NCBI GenBank assembly: GCA_964354665.1
Contig: CAYHAO010000001.1
Span: 13,520-77,519, forward strand
Source of the DNA: an uncultured Methanomassiliicoccaceae archaeon
GTDB taxonomy: Archaea > Thermoplasmatota > Thermoplasmata > Methanomassiliicoccales > UBA472
Direction of reading: 5' to 3'
DNA length: 64,000 bases
Made by a program: the position numbers and the translations under genes. The notes under the pieces were generated by a model that saw only the letters and a list, made by a program, of their open reading frames with translations, did no database searches and was not told the DNA's origin. Of the stretch, positions 37,221 to 46,445 are shown one piece after another (position 1 is the first letter of the stretch; each line of letters opens with the position of its first letter).

Positions 37221-37883
37221 TCAGAGCCTCTTCATGCCTCGGCCTAGCCATTGCGATATGGACCTGCTTCCGTAACGGAAAGTCTCCCCCGTCCCTCTTC
37301 CTGCGCCTTCGACGTGGGTTCGCCCCTCCAATATCGCCTTCATCAGCTCCTCGATGGTATGGCAATCATCAGGGAATATGGTCAATGCCTCTCCAATCTT
37401 GTCGGCGCGATGGGCATCGGACCCGCCCGTGACGGGAAGATGCGCCCTCTCTGCGAGCATCATTGCCTTTCTGTTCCCCTCCCGGGTATTCCTGCCGTTC
37501 ATCACCTCTATGGCATCGAAGCTGCTGCGAAGGATGACCGTGCTACCGAGCCCTGACCACATGCGATAGGGATGGGCGGCGACGGCTATACCACCGAGTT
37601 GATGTATGATATCGATGGTCTCGGCCGCGGTTCGCCCTCGAGGGACGTCCTCAGAGACGTTGTAGGCGAGGATGTGGCCTTCTTCTGAGGTCACCTCCAC
37701 TGCCGGAATTACTAATAGATCTGGAGGAGCGGCTGCTTTCGCCTCTAAACCGCCTTTCAAGGTGTTATGGTCGGTGACCCCGATGGCACCAAGGCCCAAA
37801 CGCTTTGCCATGAGAAATATCTCTTCAAGCTTCTGCTCGTTGTCCCCCGAGTGATGGGTGTGGATGTGGAGGTCCGCCTTCAT
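37221..37883 (-). CDS. PHP-domain metal-dependent phosphoesterase
   Basis: MKADLHIHTHHSGD..., 220 aa. The start overlaps the metG stop (ATGA). Confidence 0.8.
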   Translation of the reverse strand: MKADLHIHTHHSGDNEQKLEEIFLMAKRLGLGAIGVTDHNTLKGGLEAKAAAPPDLLVIPAVEVTSEEGHILAYNVSEDVPRGRTAAETIDIIHQLGGIAVAAHPYRMWSGLGSTVILRSSFDAIEVMNGRNTREGNRKAMMLAERAHLPVTGGSDAHRADKIGEALTIFPDDCHTIEELMKAILEGRTHVEGAGRGTGETFRYGSRSISQWLGRGMKRL

Positions 37884-40093
37884 CTTACCTGTGCACCATC
37901 CTCGATCTCGCCGCCATCAACGGTAATAGCGACGCCATTAATGGTATAGAGGGGGAGTGCTTCCTGGGATTCGTTGGTCGGAAGGAACACCGCGACTTTC
38001 TCGGCGACGACCGCTTTCTCAGGATATTTCACCTTGACCTCTCTTCCCAAGTTGACCTGCCCACCCCTCAGGGTCCCAACGCGCATCACCAATTTCTGGA
38101 AATCCCCGAAGGATATCTCCTTCTCGCCTTGAGCCAGCCCGCTATTCACCGGGTCTCCAAGCGAGGTCTTGCCTGCAGGGATGAGCACCTTGACCTTGCC
38201 GCCAGCCTCTGCAGCTAGCAACATGCCTTGTGACTCCACTCCTCTCAACTTGGCATGCTGTAGATTGGTGACAACCACTATCCTCTTCCCCTTGAGAGCT
38301 TCCTCGGAATAATAGTGCCGCAGGCCAGCCACGAGCTGTATCTTCTTGCCAATGTCGACCTCCAGGACGAGGAGCTTCTCGGCGTTAGGATGCGGTTTCA
38401 CGTCCAGAATCTCGCCCACCTTCAAATTAAGAGCTTCGAAGGCCTTGAAGCGCTCATCGCCCTTCTGGATGGCCATCTTGCTAAAGAGCGGCTTCGGTTC
38501 GACCAGCGGCTGGTTTGGGACCAGCGGCTCATCCAGCCAACTCAAGCCCCTTGATGGCAAGGAACCTTGCATACCCAGATACCACCATGCTCGTTCCGCA
38601 CTGTTAGGTAGATAGGCATAACTTAGAACGGCCAACGCCTTAACGATCTCTAGATTCAGATTCAAGACCGCCCCGCATTTGACCTTGTCGTTTTTGAGAA
38701 GAGCCCAGGGGGCAACCTTGTCGAAGAACTGGTTCCCGAACTGGGCTAGGTCCATTATGGATTTGAGCGCGCGTTTGAACTGACAGGTGGTCACAAACTC
38801 TTCCACCTGGCGCCTGGTCAAGGAGATAGCCTCCTCCACCTCAGCTCTTTCCTGGTCCACACTTGCCAGATCTGGTATGCAACCAAAGTTCTTGAAGGTA
38901 AAGGAGAGGACGCGATGGTAATAATTGCCTAGAGTGGCGACCAGTTCGTTGTTCACCTTTGCCTCGAAATCATCCAAGGAGAAATCGCTGTCGCGGTTCT
39001 CTGGCATGTTTGCGGCTATGTAGTACCTAACAACGTCCGGCTCGAACCTCTCCAGTAGAGAGGGCACATCCACTCCGACACCACGACTCTTGGAAAAGGT
39101 CTCCCCTTTGAAGGTGAGGAATTCGTTGGCCGGTACGTCGTAAGGCAGATTTAGCCCACCATACCCCATGAGGATCGAGGGCCAAATGATGGTGTGGAAG
39201 GGTATGTTATCCTTTCCAAGGAAGTAATAGCTCTTCGTGACTGGATTCAACCAAAAGTCTTTCCACTTGTCAGGATGGCCGAAAAGCATCGCCCATTCCT
39301 TGGAGGCTGAGAGGTAACCGATTACCGCCTCGAACCAAACGTAAATTACCTTGCCATCATATCCAGGCAGGGGCACTGGCACCCCCCAATTCATGTCCCT
39401 GGTAATGGCTCGGTCCTTCAGGCCTGCTTCGAGCCAGTTCTTGGTGAACAGCTGGACGTTGGGACGCCAGTAATCCTTGCTCTTCACATAATCGAGAAGG
39501 GGCTCTTGAAAAGCGGAGAGTTTGAAGAAGAAATGCTCGGTCTCACGCAGTTCTGGCTCCGTGCCACACGTGGTGCACCTCGCCCGATCGAGCTCCCCGG
39601 CCTCATAGGTGGATCCGCATCTCTCGCATTGGTCACCTCTGGCCCGCTCATTGCTGCATTTCCGACAGACGCCCTCCACGTACCGATCTGGTAGGAACTT
39701 ATCGCATTTAGGGCAGAAGTATTGCAGTGTCCCTTTCTTATAGAGATAGCCGTTTTCCAGCAACTTCAGGAACACGTCATGGACGACCTCGAAGTGATGA
39801 GGGTTGTGGGTCTTGGTAAACAGCTCGAACTTAATTCCCAGGTCCTCGATGGCTTTGACATTGATCCTGTGATACCGCTCAGCTATCTCCTCTGGGCTAA
39901 TGCCTTCCTTCTCTGCCTTCACTGTCACAGGCGTGCCATGCTGGTCCGATCCGGAGACCATTAGCACTTCATCGCCCTTGAGGCGATGATATCTTGCGAA
40001 GATGTCAGGGGGTAGGAGTGACCCTGCCACGTGACCCAAGTGGATTGCACCGTTGGAATAAGGCCAAGCCACGCATACCAAAACCCTTGCCAT
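37880..40093 (-). CDS. metG: Methionyl-tRNA synthetase with C-terminal tRNA-binding domain and extra tail
   Basis: HLGH (NGAIHLGHVAG), a KMSKS-like ETFSKSRG, Zn knuckles CPKC/CRKC/CERC/CTTC, and a Trbp111-like LKVGEILDVKPHPNAEKL. The start is ATG 40093 or 40105. Confidence 0.9.
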   Translation of the reverse strand: MARVLVCVAWPYSNGAIHLGHVAGSLLPPDIFARYHRLKGDEVLMVSGSDQHGTPVTVKAEKEGISPEEIAERYHRINVKAIEDLGIKFELFTKTHNPHHFEVVHDVFLKLLENGYLYKKGTLQYFCPKCDKFLPDRYVEGVCRKCSNERARGDQCERCGSTYEAGELDRARCTTCGTEPELRETEHFFFKLSAFQEPLLDYVKSKDYWRPNVQLFTKNWLEAGLKDRAITRDMNWGVPVPLPGYDGKVIYVWFEAVIGYLSASKEWAMLFGHPDKWKDFWLNPVTKSYYFLGKDNIPFHTIIWPSILMGYGGLNLPYDVPANEFLTFKGETFSKSRGVGVDVPSLLERFEPDVVRYYIAANMPENRDSDFSLDDFEAKVNNELVATLGNYYHRVLSFTFKNFGCIPDLASVDQERAEVEEAISLTRRQVEEFVTTCQFKRALKSIMDLAQFGNQFFDKVAPWALLKNDKVKCGAVLNLNLEIVKALAVLSYAYLPNSAERAWWYLGMQGSLPSRGLSWLDEPLVPNQPLVEPKPLFSKMAIQKGDERFKAFEALNLKVGEILDVKPHPNAEKLLVLEVDIGKKIQLVAGLRHYYSEEALKGKRIVVVTNLQHAKLRGVESQGMLLAAEAGGKVKVLIPAGKTSLGDPVNSGLAQGEKEISFGDFQKLVMRVGTLRGGQVNLGREVKVKYPEKAVVAEKVAVFLPTNESQEALPLYTINGVAITVDGGEIEDGAQVR

Positions 40094-40243
40094 GTCTATC
40101 GGCATCGAATGGAGCAAGAGGGATTTAAGGCTTGACGACCTAAGGCCTCGAACCAATCGAGAATAATGCCCAATCGAAGGCTTATGGCTCATAGTCGCTA
40201 AATCGGAAAGAGCCATCCTATCTTCGAATTGGATGATGTTTTC

Positions 40244-40259
40244 ATATATTATAATATAT
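40244..40259. promoter_or_regulatory. AT-only 16-nt perfect palindrome ATATATTATAATATAT in metG divergent promoter
   Basis: It shares the core TATATTATAATATA with 36728-36741. Confidence 0.3.
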
Positions 40260-40410
40260 AATAATATTACATAATTATGATTCTGGATGTAAACAATCGT
40301 GATTATGGATGGATTGCTTATCCATTGTTAAAACCCGTTAAGTATTAAAGCTGATAAACCGATGAGCGCACACTTGGGACCATGGAACGTCCTGAGGGGA
40401 GGAATGAAAA

Positions 40411-40650
40411 ATGGTCGACGTGGAAGTGACCTTCGGTGTCCCAGATGGCGTTGTGGCCGAGGTTAAAAAGAAATATGGGAATGAGAAAGACAATAATATC
40501 CGTGTAACAAAAGCCAACCCATTGAACCCGCCATACTATGCATGGGGAGACCCTCGCTCGAAGTACGAGGTCATGAAGTTCGAGGGCAAGGACTACTGGA
40601 TCTGGAAGGTCTCCAAGGGAAAGCCAATGAATTGGGTCTACGACCACTAA
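40411..40650 (+). CDS. Hypothetical small protein
   Basis: 79-aa ORF preceded by GGGAGGAATGAAAA (strong SD). Trp/Tyr/Lys-rich. No motif recognised. Confidence 0.5.
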   Translation: MVDVEVTFGVPDGVVAEVKKKYGNEKDNNIRVTKANPLNPPYYAWGDPRSKYEVMKFEGKDYWIWKVSKGKPMNWVYDH

Positions 40651-40741
40651 ATCGCCAGCGCAAACCCCTTTTTTAAATTCCTTTTCTCCTAAATATCACA
40701 CAATCATCTTTTTATCACTCCTGCTTATTGCTGGGTTCATC

Positions 40742-42511
40742 ATGCGAATCGCCGCGCTGCTGAAGGACCGCTGTCAACCGAAGAAATGCAACACCGAATG
40801 CATCAAGTACTGTCCCAAGGTGAGGACTGGAGTGCAGACGGTGGTCATCGGGGAAAAGGGGAAGCCAGAGATTGCTGAGCCCCTTTGTGCTGGATGCGGG
40901 ATATGCGTCCACAAATGCCCCTTCGAGGCGATCAAGATCATCGGCCTTCCTGACGAGCTCGAGGGAGAGATAATCCATCAATATGGATTGAATGGCTTCA
41001 GACTCTACCGATTGCCCGTGCCTAAGAAGGGCTTGGTAACTGGCATACTGGGCCCTAACGGGATAGGGAAGACCACGGCTTTCCGGCTCATGTCCGGCGC
41101 AGAGATTCCCAACCTCGGCAACTACGACAAGCCCCCGACCAAAGAGGATGTGCTACAGCACTTCGCTGGCTCAGAGCTCAAGGAATTCCTGGAGAAGGTC
41201 TATCAGGGGAGGACGCGCACCTCCCTGAAACCACAATATGTGGACAAGCTACCGACGGCGCACAAGGGGATCGTCCGGGAGTTGCTCGACAAGGTCGCGG
41301 AACGCATGCCCACCCAGGAAGCGGTCGACCTGTTGGAGCTAGAGGGGGTTGTGGACAGGCCTTTGGGAAAGCTCTCTGGAGGTGAGTTGCAGAGGACGGC
41401 GATCGCGGCCACCATCCTGAAGGACAGCGACGTCTATTTCTTCGATGAACCGTCCTCCTATCTAGATATCTACCAGCGCATCAAGGTGGCTAGGATCATC
41501 CAAGGTCTGAGCGAGGAGAAGCAGGTGGTGGTCATCGAGCATGACCTGGCCATTTTGGACTTCCTCGCCGACAACGTATACCTCGTATACGGCTCGGAGG
41601 GCGCATTCGGAGTATTCGCCCAGCCTCGTCAGGTCAGAATCTCCATCAACACCTATCTCGATGGGTACCTCAGGGAAGAGAATATTCGTTTCCGCGATTA
41701 TCCCATAGTCTTCGAGGATCGTCCTCCGAGGGACTCTTGGCAGACTGTCCCCTTGCTTGAGTTCAACGAGATGGAGTACCATTATCCAAGCTTCAAGCTG
41801 AAGGTGGAGGCGGGCGCCATCAAGGTCGGGGAGTCGGTCGGGGTGGTCGGTCCCAATGCCATCGGAAAGACGACTTTCGTGAAGGTGCTGGCAGGGGTCA
41901 TCCCTCCGACTGTAGGTGGAGTGATGAATCCTATCAGGGTGAGCTACAAGCCCCAGTATATCAATCCAGAGTTCGAGGGCACGGTGCACGAGCTCTTCCT
42001 TGTCAACGTGAAAGACTTCTTCGAGTCAGGATTCTTCGAGTCCGAGATTGCGCACCCTCTCAGCCTGAAGACGCTCTATGAGAAGCAGGTGCAGAACCTC
42101 TCCGGAGGGGAGCTCCAGCGCGCGGCCATCGGCCTCTGCCTTTCCCGGGAGGCCGATATTTACCTACTGGACGAGCCCTCAGCCTACCTCGACTCGAACC
42201 AGAGGATGGAGACGGCCAAGACCATCCGGAGGGTGATGGAGAAGCGCGGGCGCTCTGCACTGGTGGTGGACCATGACATCTACTTCCTGGACATGGTTTC
42301 GGATTCGATGATGGTGTTCTCAGGCAGGCCGGGCAGGGACGGTCTGGGGCAGGGGCCGTTCGACATGCGCAAGGGCATGAACCAGTTCCTCAGGATGGTG
42401 GACGTAACCTTCCGTCGGGACAACGACACGCACCGACCCAGGATCAACAAGCCAGGCTCAAGATTGGACCAGGAACAGAAAGAGAGGGGCGAGTATTACT
42501 ACCAGATGTGA
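40742..42511 (+). CDS. abcE1: ABCE1 (RNase L inhibitor-type ribosome recycling ATPase)
   Basis: N-terminal FeS motifs CQPKKCNTECIKYCP and CAGCGICVHKCP, two Walker A sites (GPNGIGKTT, GPNAIGKTT) and two LSGGELQR signatures. Confidence 0.95.
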   Translation: MRIAALLKDRCQPKKCNTECIKYCPKVRTGVQTVVIGEKGKPEIAEPLCAGCGICVHKCPFEAIKIIGLPDELEGEIIHQYGLNGFRLYRLPVPKKGLVTGILGPNGIGKTTAFRLMSGAEIPNLGNYDKPPTKEDVLQHFAGSELKEFLEKVYQGRTRTSLKPQYVDKLPTAHKGIVRELLDKVAERMPTQEAVDLLELEGVVDRPLGKLSGGELQRTAIAATILKDSDVYFFDEPSSYLDIYQRIKVARIIQGLSEEKQVVVIEHDLAILDFLADNVYLVYGSEGAFGVFAQPRQVRISINTYLDGYLREENIRFRDYPIVFEDRPPRDSWQTVPLLEFNEMEYHYPSFKLKVEAGAIKVGESVGVVGPNAIGKTTFVKVLAGVIPPTVGGVMNPIRVSYKPQYINPEFEGTVHELFLVNVKDFFESGFFESEIAHPLSLKTLYEKQVQNLSGGELQRAAIGLCLSREADIYLLDEPSAYLDSNQRMETAKTIRRVMEKRGRSALVVDHDIYFLDMVSDSMMVFSGRPGRDGLGQGPFDMRKGMNQFLRMVDVTFRRDNDTHRPRINKPGSRLDQEQKERGEYYYQM

Positions 42512-42525
42512 GCAACTCTTGATGC

Positions 42526-43143
42526 TTAATGAGTTGACGAGGACTTCTTCCTCTGCCAAAGGAAATACGCGATGAGCCCGAGCACGGCCAAGCCGAGGAT
42601 GATGATGTCCCACCCCTCTACGGCCTTCCAGAATTCGATATAGTACTCTCCTAGCAGATAACCGGCTGACGCCAGGACCGTGTTCCATATGAGAGCACCT
42701 AAAAAGGTGAAAAAAATGAATCGCTTCACGTCCATCTTGAAAAGGCCAGCTGGGAAGGAGATCACCGATCTGATCCCCGGGATGGCATGGCCGATCAGTA
42801 TTCCCCAGCCTCCCCATCTCTTGAACCAGGCATCAGCCTTGTCCACCTTCTTCTGATCCAAGAATATGTATCGCCCATACTTGTCCACTATAGGCCTTCC
42901 TACGATCCAAGCAATCCCATAGGCGACGGTCGAACCCATTGTGGCCCCGAGCGTGCCCGCAAGGATGACAAAAGGAAGATAGAACGTCCCAGTGGAGGCG
43001 AGATACCCTGCGAAGGGCATGATGAGCTCACTGGGGATTGGCGTTATGATGCCCTCGATAAACATCGCAAAGAAGATGCCCAGGTAACCTGAGGAGGATA
43101 TGAAGTCGATGATTAACTGGTTCAGGGTATCGATTAAGCCCAT
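42526..43143 (-). CDS. DedA-family membrane protein
   Basis: 205 aa. FIEGIITPIPSELIMPFAGYL and RFIFFTFLGALIWNTVL are typical of the DedA/SNARE_assoc family. Confidence 0.85.
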   Translation of the reverse strand: MGLIDTLNQLIIDFISSSGYLGIFFAMFIEGIITPIPSELIMPFAGYLASTGTFYLPFVILAGTLGATMGSTVAYGIAWIVGRPIVDKYGRYIFLDQKKVDKADAWFKRWGGWGILIGHAIPGIRSVISFPAGLFKMDVKRFIFFTFLGALIWNTVLASAGYLLGEYYIEFWKAVEGWDIIILGLAVLGLIAYFLWQRKKSSSTH

Positions 43144-43368
43144 GGATCGGCTTCACTCCACGACGCCCGATTGGCAGGGGGTTCATTCCTTAAGTATTAC
43201 TTATCGGTTCGCCTGGAGGCTCACAATCCAAGTAGGGACCCTTTGCTGCATTCATTTGGTAAGAGTACAGATTAATCCCTTTTTTGCTCAATGTATAGTC
43301 CTGAGAGGGCTTCGGGCGCGATAGTCCTCCCGAATCCTTTATAATGCCATCAACCTTACATCATCCAG

Positions 43369-44283
43369 ATGGTGAGTAGGGCAGACATTCATGTTCATTC
43401 GAAATATTCAGGCCTTGCCCGGCTTTGGTTCCTAAGGTTCCCTGAATCGGTAAACGAACCTGAAGATATCGTAAAAAGGGCCAAGGCTGTCGGCTTGGAC
43501 ACCGTTTGTGTCACCGACCACAACACCATCCGCGGCGGGCTGCTCGCCAAGAAGTTCGCCAAGGATTATGACGGCGTCAGCGTCGTAGTGGGTGAGGAGA
43601 TCAGCACCCGGGAGGGAGAGATCCTCGGGCTCTTCTTGAGCGCGGACATCCCTGCAGGACTTCCTGCGGCCGAAGCCGTTGACCACGTCCGTTCCCAAGG
43701 CGGATTGGTGGTGGCCCCACATCCATTCAGCATGCACGTGCCTGCGCTTGGTTTCGCGGTGGATAGACTGGACATCGATGGACTGGAAGTATTCAACGCT
43801 GGTCATGTCGATGGATACGCAAACAACCGCGCTTTGGAGCACTCCCATTCTGGAAAATGGGCATTGTTGGCTGGAAGCGATTCGCACTCCCTAGCGACCC
43901 TGGGCTGCGCTTTCACAGAATTCGAGGGCAGCGGGGAGGAGGACTTGCGCAAGGCCATCATCAACAAGACCACCGTCCCCCAAGGTAATCCCATGTCCGT
44001 GGAGACGGGGGTGAAATGGACCTTGGAGGTGGTCCTAGAATCGGACCGCCAGATTCTTAGATCGATGTTGAAGCGTCGGAGCAAGGACGATGACGATGAC
44101 CCCTTTTTGAAAAAGGTCAGCGAGCTCCCAGGACACAAGAAATTGGCTGCGCTTGGCGCCTCATTCTTCTACATAACGCCACCGATCCCTTACCTGGTAG
44201 TGATGCTGGGGGCGCGCCGTATGCGTCGTGTCAACTCTGTCCCGATTCACGACCCCAACGGCCAAAGGCCGGAGTGGTTCTGA
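43369..44283 (+). CDS. PHP-domain phosphoesterase with C-terminal membrane anchor
   Basis: ADIHVHSKYS..VCVTDHNT..APHP PHP motifs, and a C-terminal hydrophobic helix LAALGASFFYITPPIPYLVVMLG. Confidence 0.75.
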   Translation: MVSRADIHVHSKYSGLARLWFLRFPESVNEPEDIVKRAKAVGLDTVCVTDHNTIRGGLLAKKFAKDYDGVSVVVGEEISTREGEILGLFLSADIPAGLPAAEAVDHVRSQGGLVVAPHPFSMHVPALGFAVDRLDIDGLEVFNAGHVDGYANNRALEHSHSGKWALLAGSDSHSLATLGCAFTEFEGSGEEDLRKAIINKTTVPQGNPMSVETGVKWTLEVVLESDRQILRSMLKRRSKDDDDDPFLKKVSELPGHKKLAALGASFFYITPPIPYLVVMLGARRMRRVNSVPIHDPNGQRPEWF

Positions 44284-45675
44284 TCAATGCTCGTGATGAT
44301 GCTCTGGATCGGATAGGTTGGCGAAGGCGTTCACCATGACTTCGCTCAGCGCTGGATGGATGGTCTGGCTCTTTGCTATGGGATTGAACGTGCCATCGCC
44401 AGCGTTCATCAGATATACGATGGGCTGCACCAGCAGCGAGGCGTGCGGACCGACGGCGTGTGCGCCGAGTATGCGCATGGTTTCCGCATCCACAATGACC
44501 TTGCAGAATGCGTCCTCCTCCGCCATGGCATATCCTTTGGCGGTGTCGATGTACTCGGCCCTGCCGACGAAGTACCGTCGTCCGCGCTTCTTTGCCTCCG
44601 CCTCCGTCACGCCCACGCCAGCCACTTCGGGATAGGCGAAAACGGCATGAGGGACCGCATGCTCAAGCAACTTGACCTTCTGTTTGCCGAAGGCGTTGAC
44701 CCAGGCCACGTCGCTCTCGTAGTTGGCCGTGTGACGGTACATGTTCCGGCCGATGACGTCCCCGAAAGCCCAGATGCCAGGTACGTTGGTCTCGAGGTAC
44801 TCGTTGACCATTACATACCCCTTCTCGTCGACCTGAACTCCCGAACTCGAGACCTGGAGCATGTCCGCGTTGGATCGGACCCCGGTGGCCACGAGTATTT
44901 CGTCCACCAGGACCTCTGATGATGCGCCCGAAGACCTGTCCTTGTGAATCAGCAGTTTCCCTTCGGATGTGCTCTTTGCCTCCACCGCCTCATGGTTGAC
45001 ATGGACCTCGCACAGCTCCGACATCTTCCTGAGGACGAGCGCGCTCACCTCCGGTTCCTCACGAGGGAGCAGAACCGGATTCCTTCCGATGATGGTGACC
45101 ACTGTGCCAAATGCAGTGAAGAAGTGGGCGAACTCACATGCCTTGTAACCACCGCCGAGGATTGCCAGACGTGGTGGGATATGTTGGATGTCGAACACCG
45201 TCTCCGACGTCAGATAACCCACCTCCTCCAAGCCCTTAACCTGAGGCACCGAGGTCCGTACCCCGCAAGCGATCATCACCTTTGGGCCGGTGATCTGCTC
45301 CGTCCCGACCTGAAGCCTTCGGGTGCCGACGAACTCGGCTCTAACGTGGAAGAAGTCGAGCCCTTGGTCGGCGGCCACCCCCTTCTCCATTCCACCTCTG
45401 TCGCTCAAGACCAGGTCCCACATCCTCTTGCGTACCACTTGGAAGTCCATGCCCTCGACCTTGGCGGTAACGCCAATTCGCTTAGCGTCCTCTGCCTGTC
45501 TCACGGCATTGGCTGGCTCTATGAGTATCTTGCTTGGAATGCAGCCCCGGTTCAGACAAGTGCCTCCTAGCGGACCGTCCTCCACCAGCGCCACCTTTAG
45601 GTTTTGATCCCTGGCCTTCGAAGCAACATTGAGACCTGCCCCAGTTCCGATCACGATAAGGTCATATTCTCTCAT
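44284..45675 (-). CDS. Class I pyridine nucleotide-disulfide oxidoreductase (dihydrolipoamide dehydrogenase/glutathione reductase-like)
   Basis: YDLIVIGTGAG FAD site, redox-active GGTCLNRGCIPSK, a C-terminal HPALSE dimerisation-domain motif and a His-rich end EHHHEH. The start is ATG 45675. Confidence 0.85.
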   Translation of the reverse strand: MREYDLIVIGTGAGLNVASKARDQNLKVALVEDGPLGGTCLNRGCIPSKILIEPANAVRQAEDAKRIGVTAKVEGMDFQVVRKRMWDLVLSDRGGMEKGVAADQGLDFFHVRAEFVGTRRLQVGTEQITGPKVMIACGVRTSVPQVKGLEEVGYLTSETVFDIQHIPPRLAILGGGYKACEFAHFFTAFGTVVTIIGRNPVLLPREEPEVSALVLRKMSELCEVHVNHEAVEAKSTSEGKLLIHKDRSSGASSEVLVDEILVATGVRSNADMLQVSSSGVQVDEKGYVMVNEYLETNVPGIWAFGDVIGRNMYRHTANYESDVAWVNAFGKQKVKLLEHAVPHAVFAYPEVAGVGVTEAEAKKRGRRYFVGRAEYIDTAKGYAMAEEDAFCKVIVDAETMRILGAHAVGPHASLLVQPIVYLMNAGDGTFNPIAKSQTIHPALSEVMVNAFANLSDPEHHHEH

Positions 45676-45750
45676 CCATCCACCTTCCCAGGAACATTCG
45701 ATATGCGGCTCCTTAAAACATTGGTTCCGCCGCAATTTCCAGCCAAGAAA

Positions 45751-46083
45751 TCAGTCCTTAGGGTAGAGGATGCATTTTGAACCGCAGGACTGGGCCCTGT
45801 TCTTGGAGAGCATCCCTGCTTCCATCCATGCCGCATCCATCACGGCAGCTGGGACCAAGCAGTTGGCCGACATCCTGACGTTCTTGAAGATTTCCCAGAC
45901 CTTGCTAGCTTTCTTGTCCGAGAGGTCCGTGATGCTCAGTTTCCCCAACGCATCGATGAACTCCCTAACGTTCTCGCAGTCGGTCTCAGCCACAACCACG
46001 AACTCCAGCTCAGGGGTCATCTCCACCGTGATGACATGGGTTTTGTCGCACACGGTCATGTTGACCTTGACCTTGGATGTCAT
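45751..46083 (-). CDS. Small Cys-containing hypothetical protein upstream of the disulfide oxidoreductase
   Basis: 110 aa from the first ATG (46083), MTSKVKVNMTVCDKTHVITVEM..., with 5 Cys. It is on the same strand, 75 nt upstream of the oxidoreductase. Confidence 0.5.
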   Translation of the reverse strand: MTSKVKVNMTVCDKTHVITVEMTPELEFVVVAETDCENVREFIDALGKLSITDLSDKKASKVWEIFKNVRMSANCLVPAAVMDAAWMEAGMLSKNRAQSCGSKCILYPKD

Positions 46084-46341
46084 GCTTTCAAGAGATGTAT
46101 GGTTGGCGTCATACTTAACCAATGCCTGGCTTTCAAAGTTCAAGCTGCTTCCATAAGCACGGTGAAAATCGAGATATTAGCGCTAGTTGCGTCAAATGCT
46201 GCCCCTTATTGCGTCAAATTTGATTCTTATCATACTCTTTAGATTCCGTTAATCATTTTTCTAATGTATTTGTATAAAATATTCATTTGTTGCGTTAGAA
46301 ACCTATTTATTATACTTTTATCTACTGAAAATAAGATATAG

Positions 46342-46358
46342 CATACAAATGTTGTATG
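46342..46358. promoter_or_regulatory. Inverted repeat CATACAA-ATG-TTGTATG upstream of amt-glnK (candidate nitrogen operator)
   Basis: Perfect 7-bp arms with a 3-nt spacer, 88 nt upstream of the amt start, inside a 360-bp AT-rich divergent region. Confidence 0.35.
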
Positions 46359-46445
46359 AGATATCCAAAACGCTTACGCCTTCCACAGTTCCCTTTGGAC
46401 AGCGGGGCTCTTAAAAAACGATATTACTGATAGCGAGGTGTAAGA

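Noticed and set aside
43100-43324. 74-aa plus-strand ORF in the DedA/PHP divergent region
   Set aside because: It starts inside the dedA coding sequence, has no SD or motif, and the region is more plausibly a shared promoter.
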